64,000 nt of DNA from Candidatus Aldehydirespirator sp. (lineage in GTDB: Bacteria; Actinomycetota; Acidimicrobiia; Acidimicrobiales; Aldehydirespiratoraceae). This document shows positions 1 through 8,812 of this stretch, piece after piece. Position 1 is the stretch's first letter. Each line of letters begins with the position of its first letter. The notes under the pieces were generated by a model. That model had not been told where the DNA came from, ran no database searches, and was given only the letters and a program-made list of their open reading frames with translations. Made by a program: the position numbers and the translations under genes. Where the stretch lies: assembly GCA_965221215.1 (NCBI GenBank), contig OZ244872.1, forward strand, positions 1,636,936 to 1,700,935, in the 5' to 3' direction.

Positions 1-251
1 TGGGCGGGGCTGCGGAAGTCCCGCTCGGTGCCGTCGACGATCACCCGGCCGGCGTCGGCTCGGTAGATGCCGGCCAGGATGTTGCACAGCGTGGTCTTGC
101 CCGCCCCGTTCTCGCCCACCAGGGCGTGAACCTCGGACCAGCTCACCTCGAAGTCGACCGCGTCGAGCGCGGCCGCGCCCCCGAAGGCCTTGGATATGCC
201 ACGCGCCTCTACCGAGGGACGCTTGCCGCCGGCGCTCGGACTCTCAGTCAG
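1..251 (-). CDS. Sugar/nucleoside ABC transporter ATP-binding protein (5' part; runs off the left edge)
   Basis: Manual translation gives ...RGISKAFGGAAALDAVDFEVSWSEVHALVGENGAGKTTLCNILAG (Walker A). After the in-frame stop at 267-269 the only plausible start is CTG at 251, which has GGAG upstream. Start is uncertain. Confidence 0.85.
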   Translation of the reverse strand, partial: MTESPSAGGKRPSVEARGISKAFGGAAALDAVDFEVSWSEVHALVGENGAGKTTLCNILAGIYRADAGRVIVDGTERDFRSPA

Positions 252-293
252 ATCCTGGGCTCCAGGTCAGAGTCTGTGCTCGGGCGCTTGGGC

Positions 294-1469
294 TCAGACC
301 GGGGAGATGCCGGTTACGCCGTCGACGGGCCAGTCGATGGCGTAGGCGGCCAGCGAGTCGAGGGTCTCGCCCGCGGCGAGCCTCTCGTTGCCCTCGTTGT
401 CCGACAGCGGACCCTCGTAGACGTGGAGTTGGCCGCTGTCGAGCCCTGCGCCGACGTCGGCCACCGCGTCCTGCACGTCCTGGGGCACGTTCGGGCCGAA
501 GTCGCCGATGGGCGTGTCGAGCAGCCACACCTCGTCCTGCGACACCCAGGTTCCGTCGAGCACCCGCTGGCACTGCTCGGTGTAGAACGGCCCGAACTCC
601 GAAAGGTCGAAGTGCGACACGTACTTGGTGGGAGCGGCCGAGCGGAAGTCGAGGTTCCAGTACCCGGTCCACACCCCGGCCTCCTCCGAGAGCTGCAGGA
701 AGGTGGGCTCGTCCATCACGCCGAACAGGAAGTCGACGCCGCTGTCGAGCAGGGCGTTGGCCGCCTGGGCCGCCTTCTGCGGGTCGAAGAAGGTGCTCAC
801 CAGCACCGTCTCCACCACCGCGTCGGGGTTGACCGACCGGGCGCCGAGCAGCATGCCGTTCACGTCGTTGTAGGCGGTGGCGGTGGGGAACGCCCCGATG
901 TAGCCGATGCGGCCGTTCTCGGCGAGGTGCCCGGCGGCCACGCCCAGTTGGTAGGCGGTCTTCTCGTGGGCCAGGTAGAACGGGAACAGGTTGTCGCTGT
1001 AGTAGTGCCCGTTGATCTCGCAGAACTTGGTGTCGGGGTTGGCGTCGGTCACCTCGGTGAGCAGACCTGCGTACTCGGTGTTGGCGAAGATGATGTCGTT
1101 GCCGTCGTCCACGAGCTGCTGGAACAGCTGGGTGGTGGAGGCGTCGAAGCCGATGTTGGGCGTGTACGCCGACTCGAGCCGATCGCCGAGCGCGGACTGC
1201 GCAGCCAGCCGGCCCCGGTCGTGCTCCTGGGTCCAGCCGTTGTCGTCGGGCGGGCCGATGTACACCCAGTGGGCCTTGATGCGGTCCTTGCCGGCGGGCG
1301 CGGCGGTGGTGGCGGGAGCGGCCTCGTCCTCGTCGTCGCCGCAGGCGGCCAGCAGCGCTCCGCCCACAGCCAGCCCGCCCACTCCGGCCGCGCCCATCTT
1401 GAGGGCCTGCCGACGCGAGATGGTCTCGCTGGCGGGAAGGAACAGACCTCGGTTCTTCTTGCTTCTCAT
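294..1469 (-). CDS. BMP/PnrA-family ABC substrate-binding lipoprotein (purine nucleoside type) with Tat signal
   Basis: SRRQALK twin-arginine motif, LAAC lipobox, YIGPPDDNGWTQEHDRG and GYIGAFP motifs. Lies directly upstream of the ABC ATPase; SD AGAAAGG. Confidence 0.9.
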   Translation of the reverse strand: MRSKKNRGLFLPASETISRRQALKMGAAGVGGLAVGGALLAACGDDEDEAAPATTAAPAGKDRIKAHWVYIGPPDDNGWTQEHDRGRLAAQSALGDRLESAYTPNIGFDASTTQLFQQLVDDGNDIIFANTEYAGLLTEVTDANPDTKFCEINGHYYSDNLFPFYLAHEKTAYQLGVAAGHLAENGRIGYIGAFPTATAYNDVNGMLLGARSVNPDAVVETVLVSTFFDPQKAAQAANALLDSGVDFLFGVMDEPTFLQLSEEAGVWTGYWNLDFRSAAPTKYVSHFDLSEFGPFYTEQCQRVLDGTWVSQDEVWLLDTPIGDFGPNVPQDVQDAVADVGAGLDSGQLHVYEGPLSDNEGNERLAAGETLDSLAAYAIDWPVDGVTGISPV

Positions 1470-1569
1470 GTCGGGATGCCTTTCTGTTGAGGTTGCGTTG
1501 ATTGTGTGGGGGGTTGAGGTGGTTGTGATCGGCTCAGAAACGTACCGCGGGGTGAGACATCGGGGCTGC

Positions 1570-2592
1570 TCAGTCGAGCTGGGCGGCCAGCTCGTCGAAC
1601 TCGATGGCCCACTGGCGGCGCATCGTGCGCTTCTCGGGCTCGCCGAGCCAGGCGCCGTCGATGCCGTTGAGCATGCACTGGCGGAAATCCTCCACCTCGA
1701 AGCCCATGTGGTTGTGGGCCATTATGTAGTCGCGGGTGGGGTCGGTCTTGAACATGGGCGGGTCGTCGCAGTCGAGGCTGATCTTGATGCCGAACTCGCG
1801 CATCTGGCCGATGGGATGGTTGTCGAAGTCGTCGTTGAAATACACCCAGGCGGTCGACACCGGCGTGCAGGTGAACACCACGCCCTCGTCGCGGCAGCGG
1901 CGCATGATGGCCTCGCTCTCCACGACGTGGTAGCCGTGGTCGACCCGCTCGCAGCCGAGCAGGTCGAGGCAGGTCTCGATGTTGCGGGGCGGGGCGTCCT
2001 CGGACTGATGAGCGGTGAGGTGCAGGCCGGCCCGCTCGGCCATCCGGTAGGCCTTCCAGAACCGCTCGGGCGGATACTCGGCCTCGGCGTAGTCCATGCC
2101 TATGCCGATCACCTCGTCGCGGGGGTGCTCGATGAGCGTCTCCACCATCTCGACAGCCAGTTCTGGGGACTCCATGCGGTTGGCGGCCGCGATCAGCTTG
2201 CACTCGATGCCGTGGTCTGTGCGGGCCGCGTCGATCCCGTCGATGAGGCCGTCCACGCAGGTCTCGTAGTCCACCCCGGCCGCCATGTGGGTGGTGGGGT
2301 TGAAGAACATCTCCCGGTAGCGCACGTTGTGGTCGGCGGCCTCGGTGAGCGTCTCGTAGCAGATCCGCTCGAAGTCCTCGCGGTCGATCACGCCCAGCGC
2401 AGTGTTGTCGTACATGTGGAGGAACTTGTAGATGTCGGGGTAGTCGTAGAGGTCCTCGGGCTCCTCGTAGTCCGGCAGCGGCACCGAGTGCTTGTTGCAC
2501 AGCTCCACCGCGGTGCGGGCCTGCACCGAGCCCATCAGGTGCAGGTGCAGGCTCACCTTCGGTATCGCCTTCAGGAACGAGTCCATGTCCAT
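1570..2592 (-). CDS. Adenosine/adenine deaminase family amidohydrolase (divergent motifs)
   Basis: PKVSLHLHLMGS (HxH), AHQSE, ERVDHG and DCDDPPMF match the four metal/catalytic motifs of the ADA family. Confidence 0.85.
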   Translation of the reverse strand: MDMDSFLKAIPKVSLHLHLMGSVQARTAVELCNKHSVPLPDYEEPEDLYDYPDIYKFLHMYDNTALGVIDREDFERICYETLTEAADHNVRYREMFFNPTTHMAAGVDYETCVDGLIDGIDAARTDHGIECKLIAAANRMESPELAVEMVETLIEHPRDEVIGIGMDYAEAEYPPERFWKAYRMAERAGLHLTAHQSEDAPPRNIETCLDLLGCERVDHGYHVVESEAIMRRCRDEGVVFTCTPVSTAWVYFNDDFDNHPIGQMREFGIKISLDCDDPPMFKTDPTRDYIMAHNHMGFEVEDFRQCMLNGIDGAWLGEPEKRTMRRQWAIEFDELAAQLD

Positions 2593-2699
2593 CAGCGCGT
2601 CAACTCCTTCGCCCGGCTCCGCGGCGGGGACAATACCACCCGCCTGTGCGCCGCCACCAGATCAACTCGTCGCATCATCGACCACCAGCGCCAGCGAAG

Positions 2700-2724
2700 G
2701 TACGTTGCGTACGTGATGTACGCT
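2700..2724 (+). promoter_or_regulatory. Putative TA operator: three GTACG units at 9-bp period overlapping a TACGCT -10
   Basis: GTACGttgc-GTACGtgat-GTACGct at 2700, 2709 and 2718, directly upstream of the antitoxin SD (GGGAGG) and ATG 2748. Confidence 0.6.
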
Positions 2725-2747
2725 TAGCTCGGATGGGAGGCTCCACA

Positions 2748-3158
2748 ATGCAATATCTCACATACTCGGACACACGCAGCCGCCTGCGCGAGGTGCTCGA
2801 CACCGCAGAGGCGGGACTGCCCATCGGCATCCGGCGCCACGACAGGCGCGTCGCTCTGATCGATAGCAAGAAGCTGCAACAGATCCTGATGGACTCCCGG
2901 AGGCTGCGCCAACCAGAAACGGTGGCCGAGGCGGGTGGTTGGTCGGTGTTGCTGCCGGGCACGCCGGTCGCGGCCGACGGCGCCGACCTCGACGAGGCGG
3001 TCGACGAGTTCGTCGCCGCCCTGCGCGAGTACGCGGAGGACTGGCAGGCGCGGCTGCGGTTCGCTCCCAACCACCGAAACCATTGGCCGCTGGTGCAGTT
3101 CGTGTCGCTGGCCTCCGATGACGAACTCCGTGAATGGGTCCGCGGCGTCGGGCCGTGA
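2748..3158 (+). CDS. Antitoxin, prevent-host-death-like N-terminus plus HicB-like C-terminus
   Basis: MQYLTYSDTRSRLREVLD (Phd-like) and GADLDEAVDEFVAALREYAEDW (HicB-like). SD GGGAGG; GTGA overlap with the next gene. Confidence 0.8.
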   Translation: MQYLTYSDTRSRLREVLDTAEAGLPIGIRRHDRRVALIDSKKLQQILMDSRRLRQPETVAEAGGWSVLLPGTPVAADGADLDEAVDEFVAALREYAEDWQARLRFAPNHRNHWPLVQFVSLASDDELREWVRGVGP

Positions 3159-3580
3159 GCCACCCGGCGCCCACCCGGCGAGACCATCTGCGCTTCTGCG
3201 AGATCGAGGGCTGGAGCGTGGTGCGGGCCGGCACCGGAAGGCGCTCCACCCACCACGAGACCTACGAGATCGAGCTTCTCGACGGCCGCATCCTGCGAAC
3301 CCGGATATCGCGGCCACCGGACCGCACCGGCTACGGCGCCGCCCTCTGGTCGCACATCCTGCGCGACCAGCTCCAGGTCAGCCCCGAGGAGTTCTGGCAC
3401 TGCCTGCGAACGAACGAGCCGCCCGCTCGAAGCACGGCGCCGACACCGCACGACGCCATCCCGACCGACCTGGCCTATCTGCTCAAGACCCGGCTGGGCC
3501 TGACCGACCAACAACTCGCGGCAATGAGCAGGCAGACAGCCATCGAGCGGGCCCAACAATACTGGACAACCGGCAAATAG
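3155..3580 (+). CDS. Toxin of the actinobacterial cytotoxic translational repressor family (HicA-like)
   Basis: HLRFCEIEGW...HETYEIELLDGRILRTRIS...LWSHILRDQLQVSPEEFW. Coupled to the antitoxin by GTGA at 3155-3158. Confidence 0.75.
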   Translation: MSHPAPTRRDHLRFCEIEGWSVVRAGTGRRSTHHETYEIELLDGRILRTRISRPPDRTGYGAALWSHILRDQLQVSPEEFWHCLRTNEPPARSTAPTPHDAIPTDLAYLLKTRLGLTDQQLAAMSRQTAIERAQQYWTTGK

Positions 3581-3607
3581 CAGCCCCCGTGTCCGAACAC
3601 TGTTGTG

Positions 3608-3653
3608 CTGTAGTGCCAATCACTGCCGCGCTGTAGTGCCAATCACTGCCGCG
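3608..3653. repeat. Perfect 23-bp tandem duplication
   Basis: CTGTAGTGCCAATCACTGCCGCG occurs at 3608-3630 and 3631-3653. Confidence 0.95.
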
Positions 3654-3684
3654 TTGACCTGCCCAGGGCCGCTACCTTGATGCG

Positions 3685-5085
3685 ATGCCTGTGACGGAGC
3701 CATCGCCTGCGGCCGGCGGGGCTGCCGACCTTTGTGTGCGGGGGGCGGAACTGATTGTGACCATGGACTCGCAGCGGCGCGAGATTGCTGGCGGATGGGT
3801 AGCCATCACCGACGGCTTCGTCACTGGCGTCGGCGAGCCGGGCACCGAACCACCGGCGGAGCGCAGCATCGACGCAAGCGGCTGCCTGGTGACGCCGGGC
3901 CTCGTCAACACCCACCACCACATCTACCAGAACCTCACCCGGGCCTTCATGCCCGCGCTGGGCGGGAGCCTGTTCCATTGGCTTCGCACCCTGTACCCGG
4001 TGTGGAGCCGCCTCGACGAGGAGGCCGCCTACGTGTCGGCCTGGATCGGCCTGGCCGAGCTCGCCCTCGGCGGATGCACCACCAGCACCGACCACCTGTA
4101 CGTGCATCCCCGCGGCGGCGGCGACCTGATCACCGCCGAGATCACCGCGGCACGCGAGCTCGGGCTCCGCTTCCACCCCACCCGCGGATCGATGAGCCTC
4201 TCCGAGAAGGACGGGGGCCTGCCGCCGGACTCGGTGGTGCAAGACGACGACGAGATCCTCTCCGACAGCGAGCGCCTCGTCGGCCTGCACCACGACCCGT
4301 CGCCGGGAGCGATGGTGCGGATCGCGCTGGCGCCGTGCTCGCCGTTCTCGGTGACGCCGCAACTGCTGGGCCGCACCGCCGAGCTGGCCGAGCGCCTCGA
4401 TGTGCGGCTGCACACCCATCTGGCCGAGGACCCCGACGAGGACACCTTCTGTGAGGCGACCTTCGGGTGCCGCCCGATCGAGCACTTCGAGAGCGTGGGA
4501 TGGGGAACCGACCGCTCGTGGGTGGCGCACTGCGTGCACCCGAACGCCGACGAGGTCAAGTTGCTGGCCCGGTGGGGCACCGGCGTGGCCCACTGTCCGA
4601 GCTCGAATCAGGTGCTCGGCGCCGGCATGGCCCCGATCCGCGAGATGCGCGACGCCGGCGTGTCGGTCGGTCTGGGCTGCGACGGCTCGGCGTCCGCCGA
4701 CTGCGCCTCGCTGTGGGTTGAGATGCGCGCCGCGCTGCTGCTGGCGAGGCTGCGCGGCGGCCCGCCTGCGATGGCCGCACGCGAGGCGCTGGAGATGGCG
4801 ACCCTCGGCGGCGCGGCCTGCCTCGGCCGCGACGACATCGGCGCGCTGGAGCCCGGACGCGCCGGCGACCTGGTGGTGTGGCCGATGGAGGGAGTGCAGT
4901 TCGCGGGGGCGCTGTCGGATCCGGTGGAGGCGCTGCTGCGCTGCGGCCCGGTGTCGGCCCGCCACACGGTGGTGGCCGGCAAACCGCTGGTGCAGGACGG
5001 CGAGCTGACCGCGAGCGGGGTCACCGAGATGCTCGACCGCCATCGCGCCATCGCCGCCGACTGGCTGCAGGCGGCAACCGGCTGA
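3685..5085 (+). CDS. 8-oxoguanine deaminase / AtzB-like amidohydrolase
   Basis: PGLVNTHHHIYQNLTRA, ALAPCSPFSV, HTHLAE, AHCVH, GLGCDGSAS. TACCTT -10 at 3673-3678, 6 nt before ATG (leaderless). Confidence 0.85.
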   Translation: MPVTEPSPAAGGAADLCVRGAELIVTMDSQRREIAGGWVAITDGFVTGVGEPGTEPPAERSIDASGCLVTPGLVNTHHHIYQNLTRAFMPALGGSLFHWLRTLYPVWSRLDEEAAYVSAWIGLAELALGGCTTSTDHLYVHPRGGGDLITAEITAARELGLRFHPTRGSMSLSEKDGGLPPDSVVQDDDEILSDSERLVGLHHDPSPGAMVRIALAPCSPFSVTPQLLGRTAELAERLDVRLHTHLAEDPDEDTFCEATFGCRPIEHFESVGWGTDRSWVAHCVHPNADEVKLLARWGTGVAHCPSSNQVLGAGMAPIREMRDAGVSVGLGCDGSASADCASLWVEMRAALLLARLRGGPPAMAAREALEMATLGGAACLGRDDIGALEPGRAGDLVVWPMEGVQFAGALSDPVEALLRCGPVSARHTVVAGKPLVQDGELTASGVTEMLDRHRAIAADWLQAATG

Positions 5086-5340
5086 CACGCACCGAGTGCC
5101 CGCCACGAGCGCACCGACCGCGAGGCGGAGCGGCCTGGAGATTCGCCCGCATGAACCGGGCTTGCGCCTACCCGCTCGACCCCTGCGGATCGGCCTCAAC
5201 TCGCGGCGCATCATGCAGGATGAGGTCTGGAGCCTCTATCCTGATCGAATGGCCAACAGTCAGCGTCATTGTTCGCGCCCTCGTTCGCGTGCTGTGCTGA
5301 GGCCCGACCCGACCGCGAATTGCATGAGAGGATTCCGACC

Positions 5341-8300
5341 ATGATGATCCGAACTGCTACTGCGCCCCCCCCCCCCAGAATGAGGGTTCTGCAGCGACGT
5401 CTGCCGCTGCTCGGGCCTGCGGTTGCGCTGGCGGTGCTGGCCGCGCTGCTAGCGGTCCCACCGACGCCTGAGGCAGCCGCCCAGGGCAACATCACCGTCC
5501 AATTCGGCCAGGGCTTCACCGGTGACGGGACGGGAGCCGGCTACAACGCACGCGAGGGCGACGCGGTACAGGCCAAGCTGACCTTCAGCTCGGCGACCAC
5601 GGCCCAGGAGACCTTCACCATCAACACCACTGCGGGCACGGCCACCGCCGGAACGGACTTCACGGCCGGCCCTCACACCTGCGATGTTCCCTCGGGCCGC
5701 ACCTCCCATGTCTGCAACATCCCCGTCCTAGCCGACGATCAGATCGAGGACTACGAGAAGTTCACTGTCACGCTGGCATCGCCACCGCCGGGTTTCGTGC
5801 TGGGCTCTAGGTCCACCGCGACGGTTCAGATCGTGAACGTCAGCGTCGTTCCCGACAATTGGAGCCTCAAGCCCAGCGGTGTCAACGCCGGCGAGCAGTT
5901 CCGGCTGCTGTTCAAGACCCACAACGAGCGCGACGGCAGCGCCAGCACCATTTCCACCTACGACACGTTCGTGCGCAACCGGGTCAGCGGCGCGAGCACC
6001 GGCCACGCCGACATCCGCCAGTATTCGTCGACGTTCCGGGTGGTGGGCTCGACGCCGACGGTTGGCGCGGCGTGGCATACCGCCACGGGCATCATGGTGA
6101 GCAGCGAGCCCAGCCACACGCCGTTCAGCCATCGCATCTACTGGCTGAACGGCCCCAAGATCGCCGATGACTACAACGACTTCTGGGACGGCACCTGGGA
6201 CGACAACAGCCCCGGCGCCCATCGCCGGGCCAACGGCAACGCCTCCACCAACACCCGGGGGCCCAACACCGGCACCCGGACTGGCACCACCCATGCCACC
6301 GCCGGCACCAAGAAGCCCAGCAGGGCGCTGGGCAACAGCAGCAACCAAACAAGATGGGGCGGCGGCGCCCAGAGCCAGAACCCGATCGACCAGGGCGACA
6401 TTCCCACGGGCAACAACAACGTCTACATCGGCCTGTCGGGGATCTTCGAGGTGGAGGTCGAGAGCGACGAGGAGTTCGACGAGCTGTCGGCCAGCGTGAG
6501 GTTGGACAACGGCAGCGCCGGTCCTGCCCAGACCGGTGCCAACGTGGACTTCACCTTCTCGCTCGCCAAGGCGCGCAAGGCGAGTGATCTGAACGGCATC
6601 CGGACGCAGTTGGCGTGGTCGGGCGACGTGCTCAGCCCGCGCTCGGACCACCGCCCGGCGACATGGGACCGCTACAAGGTGAATCCCCTGTGGAAGCCGG
6701 ACGGGAGCGCCAGGGTGCATCACCGCGGCGTCTACGTGCGTCCCTGGCTGGAGAATTCCATCCTGGTCGGCGAGCAGAGCTTCAAGCTTCGCGTCCACGT
6801 CAAGAACCGCGAAGAGGCCGGCGGCAACGTCGGCAACGGCTGGATCGCCATGCGGGTGGCGGGCGGAGCCGGATACGAGGTGAGTCCCGACGACTGGGCC
6901 TGCATGCCGGTGGGCGGCGGAACCTGTCCGTCGGCATGGCCGGGCGTGCCCGCCGCCACCGTCGCCGGATTGCAAGCCTCGGTCGTGTCGGGGCAGGACG
7001 CCCGCTTCAGCGTCACCGTGAACCCTGCGCCCGGCGCCGGGGAGACGCGGCGTGTGTATCTGCGAACCTGGTACCGGTACCACCGCGGTGGCGGGCAGGA
7101 TCAGAACCAGGCGTTTCGCCACGTCGATGTGGGCTCAACCGGCACCGCGACTTTCACGATGCCCACACGCGTCAGCCGCGTGGGGCGCGGCCGCACCGCC
7201 AATGTGCAGGTTCAAGAGGACATCGCCTACACCAGCGACTCAGCGACCGCCTCGGTGGACGCCACCCGGTTCAATCCGTCGTCGCAGCCGTGCTGGTACG
7301 GCCACACCCACTACCCGGCTTCGTCGCCCTATGCGGTGACGAGCGGCACGCTCCGCCTGCCGGCCATGGGCATCACTGACTGTCTTTCGGCCGGTGAGAT
7401 CGACGATCTCGACGCAGGCGCCTACCGCACCGTCTGGACCACATGCAAGGTGGACTACGGGCACACGGACCACAGCCACGGCAGCTACAACGACAATAGG
7501 GGCGGCAGCCACGGCCACCATCGCTCCTATTCCCACACTCACAGGTTCGGCAACGGCAACTGCACCCATCGCGCCTACTCGTCGCAGGATGACGGTCTAA
7601 CCGACGCCCAGGCCGACGCAGTGCCCGAGACCGAGTTCCCCGAGAACAATCCGGTGCCCTGTGACGCAGCAGTTGCCATCGACAAGGCGAGGGCCGCGTT
7701 CAACTGGCACACCAGTTTCGGGGCCGACGCTCCCTTGTTCTGGCGGATCCTGAACACGCTCGGCACCGACGACCTGCCGGCGAAGCCGTCGGGGGTGACC
7801 GAGGAAACGATCTCGGCTCAGGACGTGAAGGACTTCAGCAACGGCAAGGGCTGGGCCGGCTGGGCACCCATCGTTGAGGCGATGGAACGGTGCACTGAGC
7901 CGGCTCCCGACCCCGTGGTGCCCGACCCCGACCCCGTGGTGCCCGACCCTGACCCGGTGGTGCCGGATCCTGAGCCTGATCCCGATCCCGAGATCAGCAT
8001 TGCCGCAGGCACCGCGGTGACCGAGGGCGGTGCCGCCACCTTCACGGTTTCGGCCAGTCCGCCGCCATCGTCGGCGCTGTCGGTGACCGTCACCGTGACC
8101 CAGAGCGGCGACTTCGCCGCGGCGACCGGACCACGGACGGTCACTGTCGGCACGAGCGGCAGCGCCACGGTGAGCGTGGCCACCACCAATGACAGCAGCG
8201 ACGAAGCCGACGGCTCGGTGACCGCCACCGTCAACAGCGGCAGCGGCTACACGGTCTCGGCCACCGCCAACTCGGCATCGGTGACGGTCTCCGACGATGA

Positions 8301-8706
8301 CGACCCATCGCCGCCTCCGCCTCCTCCTCCCCCGGTGGGTGATCCTGGGTTCTCTATCGAGGATGCTTCGGGCACAGAGGGCGAACAGGTAAGTGTCAGG
8401 GTGACCCTGTCGCACGCCTCGAATCAGCGGCTGAGGGTGTATTGGATACCCCAATTCGGCGGATCCGGCACCTGGGATTCCAGGAACCCCACCTGGGCGT
8501 TGCCGGGCAGCGACTTCGGCGCCGCGGGCGGCTGGCTGACGTTCCGACCCGGTGTGGTCGAACAGCATCTGCAGATCAACCTCCTAGAGGACTCCCTCGT
8601 GGAGCCCGCCGAGGAGTTCCAGGTGAACTTGTTGTTCGTGTCGCCCTACAGGGCCGTCCCCATCGCCGACGGCAGAGCCATCATCACCATCAACGACAAC
8701 GACTAG
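5341..8706 (+). CDS. Large secreted modular surface protein with Calx-beta domains (putative adhesin)
   Basis: SD-like AGAGGA before ATG 5341; hydrophobic signal peptide ending AAAQ; Calx-beta-like GTATAGTDF...LADDQIEDYEKFTVTL and a C-terminal LLEDSLVEPAEEFQVNL...ITINDND; Pro-Asp linkers. Confidence 0.85.
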   Translation: MMIRTATAPPPPRMRVLQRRLPLLGPAVALAVLAALLAVPPTPEAAAQGNITVQFGQGFTGDGTGAGYNAREGDAVQAKLTFSSATTAQETFTINTTAGTATAGTDFTAGPHTCDVPSGRTSHVCNIPVLADDQIEDYEKFTVTLASPPPGFVLGSRSTATVQIVNVSVVPDNWSLKPSGVNAGEQFRLLFKTHNERDGSASTISTYDTFVRNRVSGASTGHADIRQYSSTFRVVGSTPTVGAAWHTATGIMVSSEPSHTPFSHRIYWLNGPKIADDYNDFWDGTWDDNSPGAHRRANGNASTNTRGPNTGTRTGTTHATAGTKKPSRALGNSSNQTRWGGGAQSQNPIDQGDIPTGNNNVYIGLSGIFEVEVESDEEFDELSASVRLDNGSAGPAQTGANVDFTFSLAKARKASDLNGIRTQLAWSGDVLSPRSDHRPATWDRYKVNPLWKPDGSARVHHRGVYVRPWLENSILVGEQSFKLRVHVKNREEAGGNVGNGWIAMRVAGGAGYEVSPDDWACMPVGGGTCPSAWPGVPAATVAGLQASVVSGQDARFSVTVNPAPGAGETRRVYLRTWYRYHRGGGQDQNQAFRHVDVGSTGTATFTMPTRVSRVGRGRTANVQVQEDIAYTSDSATASVDATRFNPSSQPCWYGHTHYPASSPYAVTSGTLRLPAMGITDCLSAGEIDDLDAGAYRTVWTTCKVDYGHTDHSHGSYNDNRGGSHGHHRSYSHTHRFGNGNCTHRAYSSQDDGLTDAQADAVPETEFPENNPVPCDAAVAIDKARAAFNWHTSFGADAPLFWRILNTLGTDDLPAKPSGVTEETISAQDVKDFSNGKGWAGWAPIVEAMERCTEPAPDPVVPDPDPVVPDPDPVVPDPEPDPDPEISIAAGTAVTEGGAATFTVSASPPPSSALSVTVTVTQSGDFAAATGPRTVTVGTSGSATVSVATTNDSSDEADGSVTATVNSGSGYTVSATANSASVTVSDDDDPSPPPPPPPPVGDPGFSIEDASGTEGEQVSVRVTLSHASNQRLRVYWIPQFGGSGTWDSRNPTWALPGSDFGAAGGWLTFRPGVVEQHLQINLLEDSLVEPAEEFQVNLLFVSPYRAVPIADGRAIITINDND
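5365..5376 (+). repeat. Poly-C homopolymer (C12) in the 5' coding region
   Basis: GCG-CCCCCCCCCCCC-AGA, encoding APPPPR between the first ATG and the signal peptide. Confidence 0.9.
7906..7968 (+). repeat. 21-bp coding tandem repeat (PDPVVPD) x3
   Basis: CCCGACCCCGTGGTGCCCGAC twice exactly (7906, 7927), then a synonymous variant at 7948. Confidence 0.9.
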
Positions 8707-8812
8707 CCTCGCAAGCAGTCGCAGATTCGAAGCCACGGGCAAGCGTCAGCGGTGCCGACTGGTGCCGCGACGCCGCGCAGCCCTTCACCAGTTGGAGCGC
8801 CCTCAGCGCCCC

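Noticed and set aside
5216-5243. Hairpin upstream of the Calx-beta gene as a riboswitch or terminator
   Set aside because: A single stem (CAGGATGAGG/CCTCTATCCTG) with no U-tract and no recognisable aptamer motif.
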